Of a stretch of 64,000 bases of DNA, positions 12,661-23,664 are shown one piece after another. The stretch is from Macrostomum lignano (Eukaryota). Every line of letters starts with the position of its first letter. Within the stretch, counting starts at the first letter, position 1. The notes under the pieces were generated by a model that searched no databases, was not told the origin of the DNA, and worked only from the letters and a program-made list of their open reading frames with translations. The stretch is from contig NIVC01002911.1 in assembly GCA_002269645.1 (NCBI GenBank), forward strand, positions 1,665 to 65,664. Direction: 5' to 3'. The translations under genes and the position numbers were made by a program.

Positions 12661-13319
12661 CGATTCTCTACGCTCGTAAATCTGATACTCGATTATCTAC
12701 TCTGACACCCCACTATATAATCTGCTATCGGACTATCTAACAAAACAGCGCTGGTGTAATCACTCTTGCTACATGTAATCTAGAGAATTCGAACCAACTG
12801 TGACACCCGTTCCCATGTATGGACCCTTTATTATATGCATCGATTCTCTCTGTAGAATATCCGCATATTCAAGCTAATGACTTTAGCGGCCACTAGTAGT
12901 TGCTATGTTTTAATTGTATCTATAGCTTAAACAATTTATTTAACTATTTAACTATATATTCTCATATAGTTAAAAAAAGACAAAATATTGTAATAAATTA
13001 ATACTGTAATTAATACTATAATAACTGAACCGTAAACTATTATGATTAGTATAATGTAGTAATAATTGAAGAGAATGCTTTTTGTTATAACGATTTTGTT
13101 TAAACGCTTACGCGCAGTCACCACTAATATGTGCAAGAAAAACAATTTGAAGGTCTATCGAATTTTCTAAAAATATAACGCTTTCGTGTAAAATTCGTGC
13201 TTAAATAAATATTAACCACCTAGGAACTGATGTCTATATACGAGATATTTACATGCACGTGAACTTTTTCGATACTTAACTGTCTTTGACAAGCGCAAGT
13301 TGCCCTTCGACTTTTGCCA

Positions 13320-13675
13320 GTGAGATTTGACTGTCTGCAGTGACATTTGGTTGCCTGCAGTGATATTTGGTTGCCTGTTTAGTGACATTGGGTTGCCTGC
13401 AGTAACATTTGACTGCCTGCTGACATTTGGCTGCCTGCAGTGACATTTGACTGCCTGCAGTGACATTTGACTGCCTGCAGTGACATTTGGTTGCCTGCAG
13501 TGACATTTGGTTGCCTGCAGTGACATTTGGTTGCCTGCAGTGACATTTGGTTGCCTGCAGTGACATTTGGTTGCCTGCAGTGACATTTGGTTGCCTGCAG
13601 TGACATTTGGTTACCTGCAGTGACATTTGGTTGCCTGCAGTGACATTTGGTTGCCTGCAGTGACATTTGACTGTC
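13320..13675. repeat. Minisatellite, 20-bp unit (TGACATTTGGTTGCCTGCAG)
   Basis: Direct tandem repeat. Confidence 0.95.
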
Positions 13676-15409
13676 TGGCAATCAAAGTTGAGAAAAAGAG
13701 ACTACAGCAATATTTCAGTAAGAAAGTATACGGGTCCTAGTAACGACTTTTGATGCCATCGGTAAACGAAGCTTCGAATGATTTTTTATATTTTTTTTAG
13801 TCAACTAACTACAATTGGGTCTGACCTACCTGTCAGGTCTTCGAGGCATTACGAGCTATGAAGACTTATAAAGCATTCTCTTTGATATTTATCATTTTCT
13901 GTTCTTAATCTGGTAGGGCTACAGTGGTTCGCATGACATAAGAAGACACCAGTATGCTTGAGCATGCTGAGCAAAATGAGCATTCATCCTGATTTCCTGA
14001 GCGTGGCTATCAATGTGCGCTTAACAAGGGCCCATTTCATAAATTTCATAAAGCACTTGTCGGACAGATTACAGGTGACAATTCTGCAAAATGATGCGTT
14101 TCATTAAAGAGAAGAAAAGGGAGAGAAGAGACACAAACCTTGAGCGGGCCGGATAAAGAGGCTTCGCGGGCCGGAGTACACATGTACCTCCAGATTTTTA
14201 TCGACTACAAAGCCGTCTTAATGACAGCAAAAATCCTTCACTTCCTTTAAAAGTAACCTAAACTAATGGGCTTAAATATATATTTTAAACATAGCTACGT
14301 AGCTTTATGCCGATCAAAATATTAGAAATCAATAGCTGACTGAACTCAGGCACAAGCATACTAGAGTTTCCGCAGTTTGTGTTTAACCACGACTGCTCAG
14401 CGCTAATTGCAATCATAAATACGAGTGCGGTTCTGAGAATAGTGTTCGTTAAATTCAAAGTTTGCACTAGAAGAGACATTATAGTAATTGCTGGAGAGAA
14501 TTATTGAACACGCCAAAGAAAAAGAGAGCTTAAAGGAGAAGGGACAGAGGAAAGAAATAGTGATCCAGTTCCGACTACGGTACACTTCAGGTGAAAGTGA
14601 AAGAGAGCTTCAATGAGTTGTTCGCAATTTCTTTACTACTTAGCTCTTTCCCTAAGTTCCCTATACATGTATATTCCCAAATCATGCGTACCCCTCTACC
14701 TGTACCGAACTACGAGTACATTACGTTGTTGTTCGGCTGCCCAACTGATTAAAATATTTTTTTAACAGTAGAACATTCAAGACCTAAGAGCTTGCATTTC
14801 TCCCTGTCAAATATGTCGGTTGCAAGATCTAATTGTGCCATGCAATGCAGACTCGTAATAAGCTTTAGTTCTGCAATTAGGCTAAACTATAAGCTGTCAA
14901 AATTGACAGGTTGTCTGTCTACGTATATTCTAACGCTGCAGAATATTTAGCTAATTAGGTTAAGGGAAATGGATTTAGCAGATGGACCTAATAATGGGTA
15001 AAACAATGAGGACTAAAAAGCTAGAAGCTAGAAGTAGAACCCGTACGAGTACATGCTCTGTGTACCTCAAAGCAACAAAGCCAAGAGCAAGCTAGCATTA
15101 AAACGAAAATATATTCAATATAGCTTCTGCTTTGCTTTGATTTCATTCCGCCAAACAATTCTCTTATAAGGACAATGCAGAAATATTTATAACTCATATA
15201 CGAGTACAAAGGGCTTTGAGTTTCCAACAAATACAAAAGATTGAATTTCACTATGAGCTTCACTCTAAAGTGGAAGACTGGAAGTCCATTTTTTGTGAAT
15301 GTCCAAAAATACACGTAGAGGCTTAGAGATAGCGAGCAACTAGCTCCTATAGACTCTTTGTTAGACTGTTTGTTGAAAACTTTTTAAACTTTGAAAAGTT
15401 ACTTACCCA

Positions 15410-15802
15410 CTCCCACTTCCTCTTCTTCTCCTTCTTCTTCTCCTCCTCCTTCTTCTTCTCCTCCTTCTCCTCCTCCTCCTCCTTCTTCTTCTTCTCCTTC
15501 TCCTCCTCCTCCTCCTTCTTCTTCTCCTCCTTCTCCTCCTCCTCCTCCTTCTTCTTCTCCTCCTTCTCCTCCTCCTCCTCCTTCTTCTTCTTCTCCTTCT
15601 CCTCCTCCTCCTCCTTCTTCTTCTCCTCCTTCTCCTCCTCCTCCTCCTTCTTCTTCTCCTCCTTCTCCTCCTCCTCCTCCTTCTTCTTCTCCTCCTTCTC
15701 CTCCTCCTCCTCCTTCTTCTTCTTCTCCTTCTCCTCCTCCTCCTCCTTCTTCTTTTTCTCCTTCTCCTCCTCCTTCTTCTCCTCCTCTCTCTCTCTCTCT
15801 CT
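15410..15802. repeat. (TCC/TTC)n compound microsatellite; 3' tail or target of the outer LINE
   Basis: Abuts the LINE stop codon at 15803 directly. Confidence 0.95.
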
Positions 15803-18518
15803 TCACTCCGACCTACGGCCGCCCGCGGGTGGCCGGGCCGGGGCCGCTCTGCCACCTGGATCGTCGATAGGTGGTTCCTGGCGGCTCACCCTGCGCAGAT
15901 AATCACAGAGGAGGCTGCCCTCGCCCCCCAGCACGGTATTCCAGTCGACGCTGATGCCACCCCAGGTGCGGATGCGGGCCTGGTGGTAGCCTGAACAGGT
16001 AAGAAGCAGATGCTCGACCGAGTCCGGCTCTCCACAAGTGATGCACCGGTCGTCAGTAGTCAGGCCGAAACGGTAGAGCGTATCGCGCGTGAGCGGAGAC
16101 TTGCGCGTCCTTAGCTGGCAGAGAGTGACCTGTCCCCATCTCGGGAGGTCGTCGTGGCCAGGCGTCGGGCTCGGATGCGGGTGCATGTTATCTCGCATTC
16201 TCCGCCAACCTCGGAGGACGTGGTGGATGGCGGTCCTAGCGGCGATAGGGGCGACGGTGTTCGGTTGTTGCTGGGCTTCGGTAGCTCTTCCGGCCAGCTC
16301 ATCAGCCGCTTCGTTCCCGGGGATGTTAGCGTGTCCCGGGACCCATTGGAGATGGACTCTGCAGCCACTCGGTAGGGCAGCAATGTTGGCCCAGACACGC
16401 CGGGTGACGTCATCCGCCGCGACGGTCGGGCCACGCAGAATCGTTTGGAGGCCGGCCCGGGAGTCCGTGCACAGCCTGACAGTGATGGCCGGATTGCCGC
16501 CAGCACGGAGGGACTCGGCCAGGCGGGCCAGGGCCGCCTCGATCGCAACGAGTTCCGCACTAGTGCTACTTTGCCAGCGGCCAGCCGGCACGCAGATATC
16601 TTCATATATATTCAGGAGGTCCGAGGTAATAATAGCTCCTCCTCCAGACGCGGTGCCGTCCGGTCGGGTGGATCCATCTGTCCAGATGATCACGTCAGCC
16701 GGATGGAGGAGGCCCAGCGTCCTCTCAGCAGCCGCACGGCGGAAGTCCGGGGGGTCTGTACGGCGCGTGGCGGCGACCAGGTCGACCGCAATGGTCACCT
16801 GCTTATCCAGCCAGTGCCAAGGCGGGAGCGCAGGCTCGACAGGGCGCCTGAGGTCCTCCAGGTGGAACCCAGAGAGGTTGCATAGCCACTGTCTGACACG
16901 GCGGAAACAAGGTTTGGCGCTCAAAATGATGTCTTCGTCCCATTTCAGAATATCAACAGGTAGCCCGGGACCGACCTCGCGCTTCCAGGCTTCATGGGCC
17001 CTGCTGCGAAGGCGTGGCGGTGGCGCGGTCGACAGCAGCTGGCGCGCTGGGTCATCGTTGGGCAGGCTCATAATACGGATAAACTCATTTCCGAGGAGCT
17101 GTTTGGCGCGGAGGTGCAGTGCCGGCAGGTCCGCTTCGGCGAGCAGGGAGCGGCAGTTCGTGACACCAAGGCATCCGGTGATGATGCGCGCGCACTTGTG
17201 TTGTTCAGCTTCCAGCTTGTCCCTAAGGGTGGGCGCGGCATGGTTGAAGTAGATGGAGGCTCCGTAGTCGAACACCGACCTGATGTAGGCCGTGTAGGCG
17301 GTGCGCAGCGTAGTCCGGTGCGCGCCATAGACCTTGCCAGCGAGAGTTTGCAGGCAGCGCCGCCTAGAAGCCATCTTTTGGCGTACCGCTTCAACATGGT
17401 TAGCAAAGGTCAATTGATCGTCCAGGCGGAGGCCGAGGAACGTGGGTGCTGGATCGTACTTCAGCTCCTGGCCCTCAATGTGCAAAGTTGGGAGGACCTT
17501 TCCGCCGCATTCACTAGGATTAAGCGTGAAGGTGGTGAAAACGCATTTAGAGTGACTCATCGTCACCTTCCATTTGTTAGCCCACGCGACGACACGGTCC
17601 AATGCGGGTTGGATCTTCTCGGCGCAGGCATGTATAGATCGGCCCGTCGCCAGCAGCGCCGTGTCATCGGCGAAGAGTGACCGGTGGACACTCTCGTCGA
17701 TGTCTTGGTCGATGTCATGGACATAGATAAGCCAGAGTAGCGGCGCTATGACCGACCCCTGGGGCAGACTATCGGAAAAGACTCTCCAGTTGGAGGTCGC
17801 GTCTCCCCAGCGCACGCGAGCGCGACGATCGGATAGGAGGTTTTTGATGAAATGGATGACATGCTTGGGGACGCCAAGCCGAGCCATTTTTGCGTAGAGG
17901 GCCGGGCGCCACACTCGGTCGTAGGCCTTGGCAAAGTCCAGCAGGATAAGAATGGCGCGCTCCGGCTTTTTCTGTTCGAAAGCATCGAAAATCGCTTGGG
18001 TAATCCGCGTCAGTTGGTCCATGGTGGAGTGTCCTTTACGGAAACCTGCCTGATTGCGGTTAAGCAGGCTACGGGACTCCAGCCAAAAATACAGTCGGTT
18101 TGAAACCATACGCTCCATCAATTTCCCGACGCAGCTAAGCAGAGAGATGGGCCTGTAGGAGCTGGTAGTGCTCGCATCCTTCTCTTTTTTGAGAATAGCA
18201 ATAATCTCAGCCCGTCGCCACGCGGCAGGGACCTCGCCGGTGGCCCAACTGCGGTTGAAGAGTTCGAGGAGGGTACCTCGGCCTTGATCGCTCAGCTGTT
18301 TCAGCAGTTCGTTGTTGATGCCGTCGACCCCGGGCGATTTTCCGTTTTTGATCTGACGGATTGCCAAGTTGAGTTCAGTAGTGGTGAAGGGTGCACAGAT
18401 GTCCGATCTGAGGCCCCCGCAGGAGCAATCGCGGGTGTTAGTCGCGACATGGGCTTCAGTGATGATTTGTCTGTCGACCTCCTTATTCTTTTTGAGCCTA
18501 GAGACAGTCGCGTAATCG
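15803..18518 (-). CDS. 3' part of the element A ORF: reverse transcriptase + RNase H + Zn knuckle
   Basis: ORF 15803-18574. Its first residues (MPWALARARPKKKKK) derive from the 3' UTR/tail of element B. Confidence 0.92.
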
Positions 18519-18531
18519 GCGCAGAAAAGCT

Positions 18532-21500
18532 TCTTCTTCTTCTTCGGGCGTGCTCGAGCCAGGGCCCATGGCACCGGGCGTCAGATGGCGCCCGCCTTCC
18601 CGAGGAAGTTCAACACCGCGACGCAGTTCTCGAAAACTGCCGCGGGCTCCGGGCTTGGCCCCCAGAGGCGGCAGCGGTGTGATGTCAGGGCGGGGCAGGA
18701 GATCAGCAGATGGGCCGCCGTCTCCTCTCCATCGCCACAGAAGCGGCAGGTGGGGGCCACGTCAACGCCGATGGCGGCCTGGAAGCCCCGCAGGGCCGGG
18801 CAGCGGTCGGCGCGCAGCTGGCAGATCAGCCGCTCCTGCCGCCGCGTGAGGTCGCTTGTCGGCTGAGGCGGCAGGCGGCCCACCGTGCAGGCAAGGTGCC
18901 AGGCAAGCGAGCTCGTGCTTGCCGCCTCGGTGGCCGCCGCGTTGTAGATCTGGTGCCAGCGGGCGAGGCAGTAGCGGCGGACGGCAGCCTGCGCGGCAGC
19001 TAGCGGTACGGGCGCGGTGCCTTGCGCCAGCGTGGTGCCTTGCTTGGCGATCTCGTCCACGGCCTCGTTGCCTGGGATTCCCGCGTGGCCAGGCACCCAC
19101 TGCAGGTGGACCGAGGTTCCCCGGGCCGCGAGGTCGGCGAGGCTGCCCCAGACGGCGTCGATCATGGTGGCGCCCGTCGACCCGGGGCCGGACGCGAGCG
19201 CGCTAAGCGCGCTCAGGGAGTCGGAGCAGATGCGGACCGGCGACAGCTCTGCCGGGTCCGGGGCCGCGAGCACCCACCGAAGGGCCTCAGCGATGGCCAC
19301 TAACTCGGCGTGGAAGCTGGACGTCACATGGCCAGCAGCGACGCACAGCGTCGTGTTGGGCTCGACCAGGACGCCACTGCCGCCGTCCAGGATGCCGTCC
19401 TTCGCCGCTCCGTCGGTCCAGATCACGGTGCTGGCGGGCGGCAGGGCGGCAAGTGTCTGCTGCGCCGCGGCTCTCCGGGCCTCCGGCAGGTCCCCCCGCG
19501 AGGTTGGGGAGGCCAACTGCAGCCCGAGGGTGACAGAGTCCAGAACAGCCCAGGGAGGTGTCGTCGGGATAGCGTGGACGGGCTCTCGCGGGAAGCCGCT
19601 CAGGCCCGCAGCGCTGCATACACTGGCCGCCGTCTCGCGCCAGCCGCGGGCGCTTTGGAGGCGGCGGCGCGGGCCGACGCTGGCCGCGCAGGCGCGCAGC
19701 GGGTTGTCATGCGGCAGCCGGAGGGCGCGCTCGTGGAGGAGGCCAGCGTGCATCTCCGCGCGGACTGCCATCGGCGGCAATCCAGCCTCGCGCTCCAGCA
19801 CCTCCGACCTGGTGTTCCGTGGACACCCGGTGATGATGCGCGCGCCCAGGCGCTGGGCCCGGTCCAGGTGGTCGATAGCTGTCCTGCAGGCCGTCGGCAT
19901 CCAGGCGCCGGCAGCGTACTCCAGCACCGGCCGCACATAGGCCGTGTAGAGCTGGCGCACGTCGCTCTGCTTGGCGCCCCAGTTGCTGCCAGACAGCGCC
20001 GCCAGAACGCCGCAGCGGGCGCGGGCGCGGCCGGCGACGTTGGCGGCGTGCGCCGTGAAGCTGAGCAGCCGGTCCAGGATGACGCCGAGGAAGCGCGGCT
20101 GGCGGTCCGTCGAGAGCGGGGCGTCGTTCAGCCGCAGACGCAGCTCACGGCTGGCCTCTCCGGCGGTGGTGGTGAACAGGGAAGCGGCGCACTTGTTCGG
20201 CGCCAGCTCCATCCGCCACTCGTTCGCCCAGTCGGAGACCGCGTCGATCGCAGCCTGCGCCTTCGTCTCGGCCTCTTCCACGGTCAGGCCTTGCACTGCG
20301 ATGGCCAGGTCGTCGGCGTAGAGGAACGGCGTGCAGTCGGACGGCAGGTGGTCAGGCAGGTCGTTGATGTACAGCGCAAAGAGCAGAGGGGCAAGGACAC
20401 TCCCCTGTGGCAGGCCCTCGCGGAAGAGCCGCCAGCTGCTCAGCGCGCCGTCCACCCTGACGGCAGCGCGGCGATCGGCCAGGAAGCTGCTGACCCAGCG
20501 GACCCCGGCCGCTGGGATGCCGGCGTATTGCAGCTTGTGCAGCAGGCCCTGCTTCCAGACGGTGTCGTACGCCCGCCGGAAGTCGAACAGGACGACGACC
20601 GTCCGCCTGGCGGGGGCCGCCTGGTGGCCGTCGCTGATGAGCTGGGTGAGCCGGGCAATCTGGTCCTCGGTGCTGCGCCGCTTGCGGAAGCCGGCTTGGG
20701 CGGGGTGCAGCAGGTGCCGGGACTCGGCCCACCAGTAGAGCCGCGCTTGAACCAGACGCTCGGCCAGCTTGGCCAGAGTGGAGGTAAGGGCAATCGGCCG
20801 GTATGAGCCGATCTCGTCGGCCGGCTTGCCCTTCTTGAGGATCGGCACGATGTGGGCACGGCGCCACGCCGCGGGGACCTCCCCCTGGGTCCAGGACGCG
20901 TTGATCAGCTGCAGGACCGCCCGGCGGCCAGCGGCACCGAGGTGCTGCAGATGTTCAGCGCAGATCTCATCGGGTCCTGGGGCCTTCCTGGCCGGGAGGG
21001 AGTGGAGAGCCCTGTCCAGCTCGCGATGCGAGAACGGCTTTCCAAAGTCTCTGCTCCCATGGCTGTCGGCGCCGGCTCGCGAAACGCTGCTGCGGAAGTT
21101 CTCGCGGCGGAGGTCTCGCGTCCTGCGGTCTTGCGGGAGGCGGCTGACGGAGGCATACTCACGGGCGTAGGCCTCGGCGATGTCCTTCGACTGGACGAGC
21201 GTCTTTTGGCCCACCCGGAGCGCTGCGTCCCGCTGCAGGTTGCTGTTTCTGCCGTCGAGGGAGCGGACAATTCTCCAGATCTTGGAGTGGTCGCTGTCAG
21301 CTGCCACCTCGCCGGCGAAGGTCCTCCAGCTCTCGCGTTTGGCGTCGGCGATCGTCTTCTTGGCGTCGGCACAGGCTCGATTCCAGGCAGGCCGCACGCT
21401 CGGGTCGGCGGCGGCGGCGGCCCACGCGGCGCGGCGAGCCTTCACGGCGTCGTCGACCTCTGGCGTCCACCAGGCCTTGGCGGAGGGCCGCGCCCCGCGA

Positions 21501-21876
21501 GGGACAGACGCCTTGTCGGCTTCCTGGATGGCCGTGGTCAGCTGCTGGTTGGCCTCGCTGACCGACTCGGGCGGGCAGGCCTCCCAGCCAGCCAGGGCTT
21601 CCTCGGTCCGGGCGCGGAAACTGGCCCAGTCCGCCTTCGCCCAGGACCGCCGGGCGGCGCCCCCGCGCTTGGCCGCGCCTCGGCTGTGGATGGTGATGCA
21701 GATCGGCAGGTGGTCCGAGCCGACGTCTCCCCGGACCTGCCACTCGGCCCGGTTGGCGAGCGACTTGTGGCACAGGCTGATGTCAGGCGCCGTCTGCCGG
21801 GTGTTGGCGCGCCTCTGGAGGACCGAAAGGCCCACGAAATGCAGGTCAGCAACGGGCCTTTCCCGAGGCCCACACC
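18532..21876 (-). mobile_element. 5'-truncated Ingi/I-group-like LINE (element B, 3345 bp) nested in element A
   Basis: 13-bp TSD GCG(C/T)AGAAAAGCT at 18519-18531 and 21877-21889, (GAA)5 tail, ~35-nt 3' UTR. The ORF starts in the C-terminal end of an APE domain (PDISL...GSDHLPI). Confidence 0.92.
18581..21835 (-). CDS. Element B ORF: partial endonuclease, RT, RNase H, Zn knuckle
   Basis: Uninterrupted 1084 aa with PQGSVLAP, YADD, WTDGA, HAELVAI, SDS, WVPGH..GNEAVD and CRFC...HLLISC. Confidence 0.93.
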   Translation of the reverse strand: MGLSVLQRRANTRQTAPDISLCHKSLANRAEWQVRGDVGSDHLPICITIHSRGAAKRGGAARRSWAKADWASFRARTEEALAGWEACPPESVSEANQQLTTAIQEADKASVPRGARPSAKAWWTPEVDDAVKARRAAWAAAAADPSVRPAWNRACADAKKTIADAKRESWRTFAGEVAADSDHSKIWRIVRSLDGRNSNLQRDAALRVGQKTLVQSKDIAEAYAREYASVSRLPQDRRTRDLRRENFRSSVSRAGADSHGSRDFGKPFSHRELDRALHSLPARKAPGPDEICAEHLQHLGAAGRRAVLQLINASWTQGEVPAAWRRAHIVPILKKGKPADEIGSYRPIALTSTLAKLAERLVQARLYWWAESRHLLHPAQAGFRKRRSTEDQIARLTQLISDGHQAAPARRTVVVLFDFRRAYDTVWKQGLLHKLQYAGIPAAGVRWVSSFLADRRAAVRVDGALSSWRLFREGLPQGSVLAPLLFALYINDLPDHLPSDCTPFLYADDLAIAVQGLTVEEAETKAQAAIDAVSDWANEWRMELAPNKCAASLFTTTAGEASRELRLRLNDAPLSTDRQPRFLGVILDRLLSFTAHAANVAGRARARCGVLAALSGSNWGAKQSDVRQLYTAYVRPVLEYAAGAWMPTACRTAIDHLDRAQRLGARIITGCPRNTRSEVLEREAGLPPMAVRAEMHAGLLHERALRLPHDNPLRACAASVGPRRRLQSARGWRETAASVCSAAGLSGFPREPVHAIPTTPPWAVLDSVTLGLQLASPTSRGDLPEARRAAAQQTLAALPPASTVIWTDGAAKDGILDGGSGVLVEPNTTLCVAAGHVTSSFHAELVAIAEALRWVLAAPDPAELSPVRICSDSLSALSALASGPGSTGATMIDAVWGSLADLAARGTSVHLQWVPGHAGIPGNEAVDEIAKQGTTLAQGTAPVPLAAAQAAVRRYCLARWHQIYNAAATEAASTSSLAWHLACTVGRLPPQPTSDLTRRQERLICQLRADRCPALRGFQAAIGVDVAPTCRFCGDGEETAAHLLISCPALTSHRCRLWGPSPEPAAVFENCVAVLNFLGKAGAI

Positions 21877-23629
21877 GCGTAGAAAAGCTCGGCTTTTTGG
21901 CGGTTGGTAACAGCCTTTTTGGCCGCAGATAGCTCGGTAGCCGGCTTAGAGAAAATGGCCGCCGGGCGGGCAGATTCTAGGCGACCATCATATTGCTTGA
22001 TAAGTCTCCACAGCGAATCCTCCGGTCCAAGCGAGGCGACTGAGTCATGGAATTGTTGGCGTCTTTCCTCTCTAATGATGGTGGCAGCGGCGGCCTTAGC
22101 ATCGGCAAGGGCCGCGACAGCATCGGCGTCTTCGGGGTCGCCATGGCAACCAGCCGGGCCGCTTCTCTACTGTCGGCCGCCTCCTGGCAACGCTCGTTCC
22201 AGAAAGGGGGCCTGATGCGCTTACCGTTTCCAAAGGGGATAGAGGCTCTAGCGGCCCGGGTGATCAGATCGGTGAGGTTAGAGTTCGCCTTGTCGATGGA
22301 GAGCTGGTCACTCGCCGGGAGCCCAGCCAGAGACTTGTCAATGTGGCGGCGATAGGAGCCCCAGTCAGCTTTCTTAAAATTGTACCGGCTCTTCCCCGCT
22401 TTTTGGAAAGGAGTGGCTCTCTGCAGTAACGTGATCCAGATGGGCAGATGATCGGACCCAATGCTCGGGCCCGTGGACCAGGTCACCTTGCGGGAGAGAT
22501 CACTCGTAGCGAAAGTAATATCGGGGAAGGATTTTCCTCCGGTGGCCGGGTTAATGCGGGTACAGCTGCCGTCATTGAGGATGTCAAGGTTCAGGCGGGT
22601 GCACCATTCTTCGAGTTTGCGTCCCAGCGAGTCTTCGCGTTGGAAGGGATCCCATGCGTTGCTGTGGGCGTTGAAATCTCCGGCAACCATCGTGTGTCTA
22701 CCGACGCTAACTGCCTCTGGATTGAAGGCCGATTCCGCACTCCCGTCGCGGAGGGCGCGGGTAGCCGGTGGGACGTAGACATTAACGAGCGTAATCGGTT
22801 GACTGTTCTCCGGGAAGATGGTAATAGCGCTGCAGAAGGTCAGGTCGTCCCCCTGTTTTTGATAGGGAGATGGGAGCACTTGGAACGGGATATCATCCCG
22901 GATGAGCGTAAGAATCCCGCCTTGGTTCGGTTGGCCGGTCACTCTTCCGTCGCTCCGAAAATCAATGCGGCCGGCGAAATTGTAGTTAGTAAAACGCGGA
23001 GGGCGGGAGTCCTGGCGGAGGAAGGTTTCTTGTAGCAGGGCTGCGTGGGGTTTCTCCCGGTCCAGGACAACGGCCAGCTCAGTGGTTCTAGCTCCGATAC
23101 CGTTACAGTTAAGTTGGAGAACGACGATTCCCTTAAGGGCTGGCTGGAGGGCTTCGGATTTCGGTTTGTCTTGTGGTTTGGTGGTGGCGGTCAATTCAGT
23201 AACTCGTTTTCGCCGGTCCGTCTGCGTCAGGTTAGTCGCTGGTGGCTGCTTGGTAGCGTCATTCGGGCAGTTGCGGTTAGCTGAAGTTTCATCTTTTGGC
23301 GTTTTGTCAGCAGTCGCCGGGGCCGCAGGCTTCGTACAGGCCACACAGACCCAGCCGCCGTTCTGCTTGGCAAGTTGGTAGATCTGGTTCTTAGAGAGAC
23401 GAGCACAATTGCCGTGGGTCCAGACGAGGCAGCTGCGGCACTGCACCGCAGAGAAACTGCCCACGTTGCGTCCGCAGGAGCCACACGGCCAGGACGGGCC
23501 TGGATTTGTTTCGACGTCCCCCGCTCGCAGGATAAGGCGATCGGAGGCCAGGCAAAGAAAAGCGCAAATAAGAAACACCGTGCTGATGGGCGAGGACAGC
23601 CCCCCGAGACGGCCGGTAGAGCGGGCCAT
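21877..23629 (-). CDS. 5' part of the element A ORF: hydrophobic leader-2A, PHD finger, APE endonuclease, linker
   Basis: ATG at 23629; GDVETNPGP; C4HC3 finger CGSC...CRSC..THGNC...CVAC; APE motifs QLNCNG, LQET, NVYVP, GDFNAH, SDHLPI. After the ~22140 frameshift it continues as DPEDADAVAAL...KAELFYA. Confidence 0.88.
23495..23518 (-). other. 2A-like ribosomal skipping (StopGo) motif DVETNPG|P
   Basis: Exact D(V/I)ExNPGP consensus preceded by LILRAG, in frame between the leader peptide and the PHD finger. Confidence 0.85.
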
Positions 23630-23664
23630 GGGTGACTGTCTTTTGCTACTCGGGTGGGTGTGGC

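Noticed and set aside
14140-14190. Two GCGGGCCGG motifs resembling hAT subterminal repeats
   Set aside because: No TIR pair or TSD found.
15391-15870. Pro/Ser-rich, Glu/Gly-rich and poly-Arg ORFs
   Set aside because: Translations of the (TCC/TTC)n microsatellite.
21830-21876. Short hairpins at the 5' end of element B (second ribozyme?)
   Set aside because: Could not be folded into HDV or hammerhead topology; more simply a 5' truncation point.
16089-22355. Numerous overlapping + strand and alternate-frame ORFs up to 498 aa
   Set aside because: Antisense shadows of GC-rich LINE coding sequence.
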